Positions 58,501 through 64,000 of a DNA stretch of 64,000 nt are shown piece after piece (the stretch's first letter is position 1; every line of letters starts with the position of its first letter). The notes below the pieces were generated by a model that saw nothing but the letters and a program-made list of their open reading frames with translations, did not search any database and was not told the DNA's origin. Made by a program: the position numbers and the translations under genes. The stretch comes from Macrostomum lignano (lineage: Eukaryota), in NCBI GenBank assembly GCA_002269645.1, contig NIVC01001409.1:1-64000 (forward strand), given 5' to 3'.

Positions 58501-60115
58501 CAGTTCAAGTTGAAGGACCTGCAGTGATATGAAGGACGAGCGCGGTCCCAGCCTCCTTCACTGGCCCTCCATCAATTTATTGGGGTAGCTGTGTGTGTTT
58601 ACTAAGAAGTTGTGCAGCAAAGGGGATTTTCTAATGGCATTACACCGGCTCCCCTTGACTCCCGATTCCTCTGGCACTGAATGAAGGCTTACCACGGCTG
58701 GGGGTGGCCGGTTCCAAGCAATAAGTTGCGGCACTAAAGTTAATATGACCAGCCACTAACCCCCCCCCCCCAACAGACCACTTCCCAAACTGCTAATAAC
58801 AAAGGCAGATCTGTAGAAGAAGGAATTCCAAAATCTGTTTGACTGACACTGTCTAAATCTGCTTTTTTGACTGACTGTTTTTTTATCAATAAAGCCGAAT
58901 GAGTAATTGGGGCCTCTCCATATGCAATGCAACTCAATAATCAGTTCACAGTATGGTGGAGACTTACCGTTTGCAAGTGTGAGAAATTCCTGTTGTCGAG
59001 TTTGCAAAATTGCAACTGGCTGTCTTCTACTATCTAAAATTGAAAGCGCTTGCCCAATTCTTTACTCAGCAAAATTCGCGCTCAAGGGCACCTGTCACTG
59101 ACTAAGCAATATTGATTGATTGGTTGGTTGGTTGTCTGATTGATTTTTCAAAGCTGCAGATTTCAAATCGGCAAATTTGTTGGCTTGTGAAAGCAGAAAG
59201 GTGCCTTAATATCAAAATATTACGGGCGAGCGATGACCAGCTTGAAACTTAATGAAAGAGTGAGTGAGTCAGAGAGTCAGAGGGAAGTTTTGGTTAATAT
59301 CGGGGCGCCCCCCGGGGCCAATGACTCGGCCAAAACCCCCCTCTCCCTGTTTTTAACAAATAGCAAACCAGTGAACAGTGAGTGGCGGGGGTTGGCGGCC
59401 CTATTGGAATTGGAAATGATAGCGAGAGGCCGCACGCACTGTACAAATTCAATATATCAGTTGGTGCGGATGGGGGAGAGGGGCAGGGAGTTTGGATTGA
59501 AGGCGGGGTGGGGCGCGAATGACTAAAAAGAAGACTCGAATTAATGGCTGTGGGGGCCGGGGGTGTCTGTCTGTGTGCGCCCCGAACTGAGGGCTCCGGA
59601 GGGGGTTGGGCAGAGGCTGTCCAAGTAAGTGTCTTTCGAATCCCGGGATTTCGAAGGCTTGACAGGCCTGACTGGGGAACATACTAAGGCAATAAAGAAT
59701 TCGAAGAAAATTGAATAAATGATTGAATGAGTGAGTCAGCGCGATTGGGTTCAGGGGGGGGGGGGGGCTGGCCAACGTGTTTGTTCAGCTCGAATTGGCC
59801 CAATGAAAGCCGCGGGTCTCCCCATCCCCCTCTTCCCCGCTGCATCCCAGAGCATCAGCCACCATCCGGTCGGCCGACATGGCGCACCAGATGGGGCCGA
59901 CTGTGATTAAGGGGGGGGGACGGGAGTTAAGCTGGGCCAAGGAGACCCAGTTCCACAGCCTGGAGTGGCATTCTAGTAAAAAAATCAGTTAGTCTTGACA
60001 GAATTTAAAATAAAACAATAAACTTTCTCTTCAATGTCTCTAACTATTTTGATGTTGAAAATTCGGGAATTGGTCAAAGGATCTGCAGCGCAGACTCTTC
60101 CAGCTCCATGACTTG

Positions 60116-60545
60116 CAGGGACGTCGCCACCAGGGGGGGACAGGGGGGGGACATGTCCTCTCAGTAAAGTCTATGGGGGCACATGCCAGTGCTTTGTTCG
60201 TTATGGAAATCAATAATTTTGCTTCAGGGCGACAAAATATAGCGCCTGCGGGCTGCGGCACTAAAATGAGTTCCTGCGGCGCCAAAATGAACGCCTGCGG
60301 CGCCAAAATAGTGCCTGTGGCGACAAAATGAGTGCCTGCGGCGCCAAAATGAATGCCTGCGGCGCCAAAATGAGTGCCTGCGGCGCCAAAATGAATGCCT
60401 GCGGCGCCAAAATGAGTGCCTGCGGCGCCAAAATGAGCGCTGACAACACCGATTCTGAAAATAAGGTACATGTAGGAATTTTGACATGTACATGTAGAAC
60501 TCTTGGCTTTGTCCCCCCGCCATAAAATCCATGGCGACGCCCCTC
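60116..60545 (-). mobile_element. MITE with internal 21-bp array (same core as 40955-41633)
   Basis: Imperfect TIRs CAGGGACGTCGCCA / TGGCGACGCCCCT; CTGCGGCGCCAAAATGAGTGC array at ~60245-60440; no TSD found. Confidence 0.7.
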
Positions 60546-61574
60546 GGCACTCCAGAATGCGGCTCCGGACCTCCTTGACCTGCCGGGGGTGAGGCAGGCA
60601 GGGAACCAACCGGGGGGTCTGCGCTAAGACGCAAATCTGTCCGCTCCCATCCCACAGTTCCAGCAGCGATGGGGAAGAGAGGAGCGACCCCCCTGGCCCT
60701 CCCGGCCTTGCCCTCTCTTATTAGTAAAACTTGGAAAATGAATAAATTACTAGGGGCTCGGGAGAACGGGGACAGCGTCAGGGAAGGAGGGCTGACAAGC
60801 CCTGGGAAGGAATCGGGGGGGATTTCAGTTAGTTAGCTAAGCCTAAGGAAATAAGGGAATTGATTGAAGTGAATAAGTAATAAAATGCAGAGCAGCGAGG
60901 CCGACATGGTGCGGCCTGAGCCCACTCACTCACTCAACTACACTCCTTGCTCACTTCCCAAATGCTGCCCACCCAGCCAGTGAGATCTGGGGATTTTTAT
61001 TTTTGGGAAAGAGAGCAAGCAGATCTGGTGTACCAAGTGGATGGGCTGCTGTGGCTACACTTTCACTTTAACTGGAACTCAACTCTCTAAACTCTCAAGC
61101 CCTCAGATCCCTCTCGATCGCCCTCCCCGCGTCCCTGTCTCTCCCTGCTCAGTCGGGCCAGTTGCCACTGCAGGCTTCGGCTCGCTTATGGGTGGTTATT
61201 TGCAAAAATTGCAACTAGCGCTGTCCTCTTGCTGCTTTTGCTGGCCTGCAGGGAGTGGGGGGGGGGTTGAGACTGCGGTGCTCGATCGCTGCATGCTGCA
61301 GTGGCGAAATCAGGACTAAGGGCAAAGGAAATCTTCAAGTTCGCTTCTGCGACAAGTGTGTTGTTGCTTGCAAAGCAGATGTAGAAGATTAGAAATTATG
61401 CAACAATGTGAATTTGACTCAGACTGAACTCTCATCTGTTGCTGTTGACAAGACAAGCTCGGGTTAATAAGGGATTAGCCAGCTTATTTAAAAAATGTTG
61501 CATGTAGATAAATAAAATATTGGATTGCTCCAAAACATTCTTTAGCGTGATAGGAAATTTCAGGAAATCTTGAC

Positions 61575-63280
61575 ATTGGAAACAGATCCCAGGCGTGAGA
61601 TCCCAGTGGTATGATCAGATATCTTAGTGGCATGATCCAGTGACATGATCACAGATCCCAGTGGCATGATCCCATATCCCAGTGACATGATCCCAGATCC
61701 TAGTGACATGATTCTAGATCCCAGTGGCATGATCACAGATCCCAGTGGCATGATCACAGATCCCAGTGGCATGATCACAGATCGCAGTGACATGATCACA
61801 GATCCCAGTGGCATGATCACAGATCGCAGTGACATGATCACAGATCCCAGTGGCATGTTCACAGATCCCTGTGGCATGATCCCAGATCCCAGTGGCATGT
61901 TCACAGATCCCAGTGGCATGATCACAGATCCCAGTGACATGATCACAGATCCCAGTGGCATGATCCCAGATCCTAGTGGCATGATTCCAGATCCGAGTGG
62001 CATGATCCCATATCCCAGTGACATGATCACAGATCCCAGTGGCATGATCACAGATCCCAGTGGCATGATCACAGATCCCAGTGACATGATCACAGATCCC
62101 AGTTGCATGATCACAGATCCCAGTGGCATGCTCACAGATCGGAGTGGCATGATCCCAGATCCCAGTGGCATGATCACAGATCCCAGTGACATGATCCTAT
62201 ATCTCAGTGACATGATCCCATATCCCAGTGGCATGATCACAGATCCCAGTGACATGATCACAGATCCCAGTGACATGATCACAGATCCCAGTGGCATGAT
62301 CACAGATCGCAGTGGCATGATCCCAGATCCCAGTGACATGATCACAGATCCCAGTGACATGATCACAGATCCCAGTGGCATGATCACAGATCCCAGTGAC
62401 ATGATCACAGATCCCAGTGGCATGATCACAGATCGCAGTGGCATGATCACAGATCCCAGTGACATGATCACAGATCCCAGTGGCATGATCACAGATCGCA
62501 GTGGCATGATCACAGATCCCAGTGACATGATCACAGATTCCAGTGACATGATCACAGATCCCAGTGGCATGATCCCAGATCCGAGTGGCATGATCCTATA
62601 TCTTAGTGACATGATCCCAGATCCCAGTGGCATGATCACAGATCCCAGTGGCATGATCCCATAACCCAGTGGCATGATCACAGATCCCAGTGACATGATC
62701 CTAGATCCCAGTGGCATAATACCATATCCCAGTAGCATGTTCACAGATCCCAGTGGCATGATCACAGATCCCAGTGGCATGATCCCATATCCCAGTGACA
62801 TGATCCTAGATCCCAGTGGCATGATCCCATATCCCAGTGACATGATCCTAGATCCCAGTGGCATGATCCCATATCCCAGTGACATGATCACAGATCCCAG
62901 TGACATGATCCTATATCCCAGTGACATGATCCTAGATCCCAGTGGCATGATACCATATCCCAGTAGCATGTTCACAGATCCCAGTGGCATGATCACAGAT
63001 CCCAGTGGCATGATCCCATATCCCAGTGACATGATCCTAGATCCCAGTGGCATGATCCCATATCCCAGTGACATGATCCTAGATCCCAGTGGCATGATCC
63101 CATATCCCAGTGACATGATCCTAGATCCCAGTGGCATGATACCATATCCCAGTAGCATGTTCACAGATCCCAGTGGCATGATCACAGATCCCAGTGGCAT
63201 GATCCCATATCCCAGTGACATGATCCTAGATCCCAGTGGCATGATCCCATATCCCAGTGGCATGATCCCAGATCCCAGAT
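61575..63280. repeat. 21-bp minisatellite CCCAGT(G/GA)CATGATC(A/C)CAGAT with higher-order sub-blocks
   Basis: Direct reading. Confidence 0.97.
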
Positions 63281-64000
63281 GCGTGCACACTTGTGTCGAG
63301 AAAAAGCGAACTCATGAATCGCAACTAAAAAATCTGTTGTCTGAGAAGCTGACCGCACAGCTGTAGCTTCATCCCAGCAGCTCCACACGGCAGCGGCGGG
63401 GCTGGCCGCGCTGGTGCAGACAGAAACTAAAAAATTCAGAATATCTTTGAAGCCCGGGCTTTCAATTTCAGTGAAGTCCCGGCCAATATTGAATTACCGG
63501 ACAAGTTCGTTACCAACCTGAGGGTCTAATGTCATTATTGGCCTCGGGCTCTAATTCTGCACTCAAGCTCAACCGTAATTCAATAAGAGCAAGTTGGCAT
63601 GAATCGCCCCCCAGCTGACTACGGAGCGGAGGCCAAACACGGCCGTGGCGTGCAGGAATTAAATCAAATAGGACACTTGAGGCCGATGGCGATCCCAGTG
63701 AGCCCCAGGATTTCAGCTTTCGAGAGCTGCTGCAATCTATTTTAACAAATCGACTATTTTATTACTAGATTAGTTCCACTTTGTAATTGGATGACCAGGA
63801 GCCGAGGGGAAGCGGATTTATCAACGCCAAGGGATCATGGGACAAAATTTCGTGATGAAAAGTTTTCATCAGACCAAATTAATATTTTTCGTTTATTGTG
63901 TAAACAATGCAGTTCTCCGACTTCCCAAATCCCAAAAAATTATGGGATCTCACTGATGTCAAAGGATTGTGGGATTTCCCTGGTCTCAAAAGATTATGGG

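Noticed and set aside
61560-63366. 576-, 339- and 230-aa repeat ORFs
   Set aside because: 21-bp array translations; no unique domains.
63841-63959. Possible C/D snoRNA (GTGATGA at 63852, CTGA at 63952, GACA/TGTC stem)
   Set aside because: The stem spacing is atypical, I recognise no rRNA-complementary guide, and it overlaps the start of another repeat.

Overview
Eukaryotic (animal) genomic DNA with spliced, GC-rich exons and introns packed with unrelated minisatellites. The style suggests an invertebrate such as the flatworm Macrostomum, but that is inference only. Genes read from the sequence: a Y-box/cold-shock protein (3 exons visible, apparent frameshifts), an ANKRD63-like ankyrin protein (3 exons), a ubiquitin-eL40 fusion (UBA52), a complete 10-exon RFC1 (3444 nt CDS, 1147 aa by my exon model, with one GC-AG intron and an in-frame 33-bp minisatellite), a >1000-aa protein that is about 57% Arg in its repeat (protamine-like), an intronless p24/TMED gene, an orphan C2H2 zinc-finger gene, a 4-exon SSDP/SSBP2-4 gene, and an uncharacterised Q-rich gene with a BED-like finger. 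Non-coding content: over 20 distinct tandem arrays, several non-autonomous DNA transposons with exact TIRs and TSDs (some nested), an internally deleted hAT inside a LINE 3' end, a tRNA-derived SINE head, a Helitron-like element and a 518-bp tandem duplication. Most long ORFs in the supplied track are artefacts of tandem repeats. The strongest novelty candidates are the giant Arg-rich repeat protein and the one-private-minisatellite-per-intron architecture.
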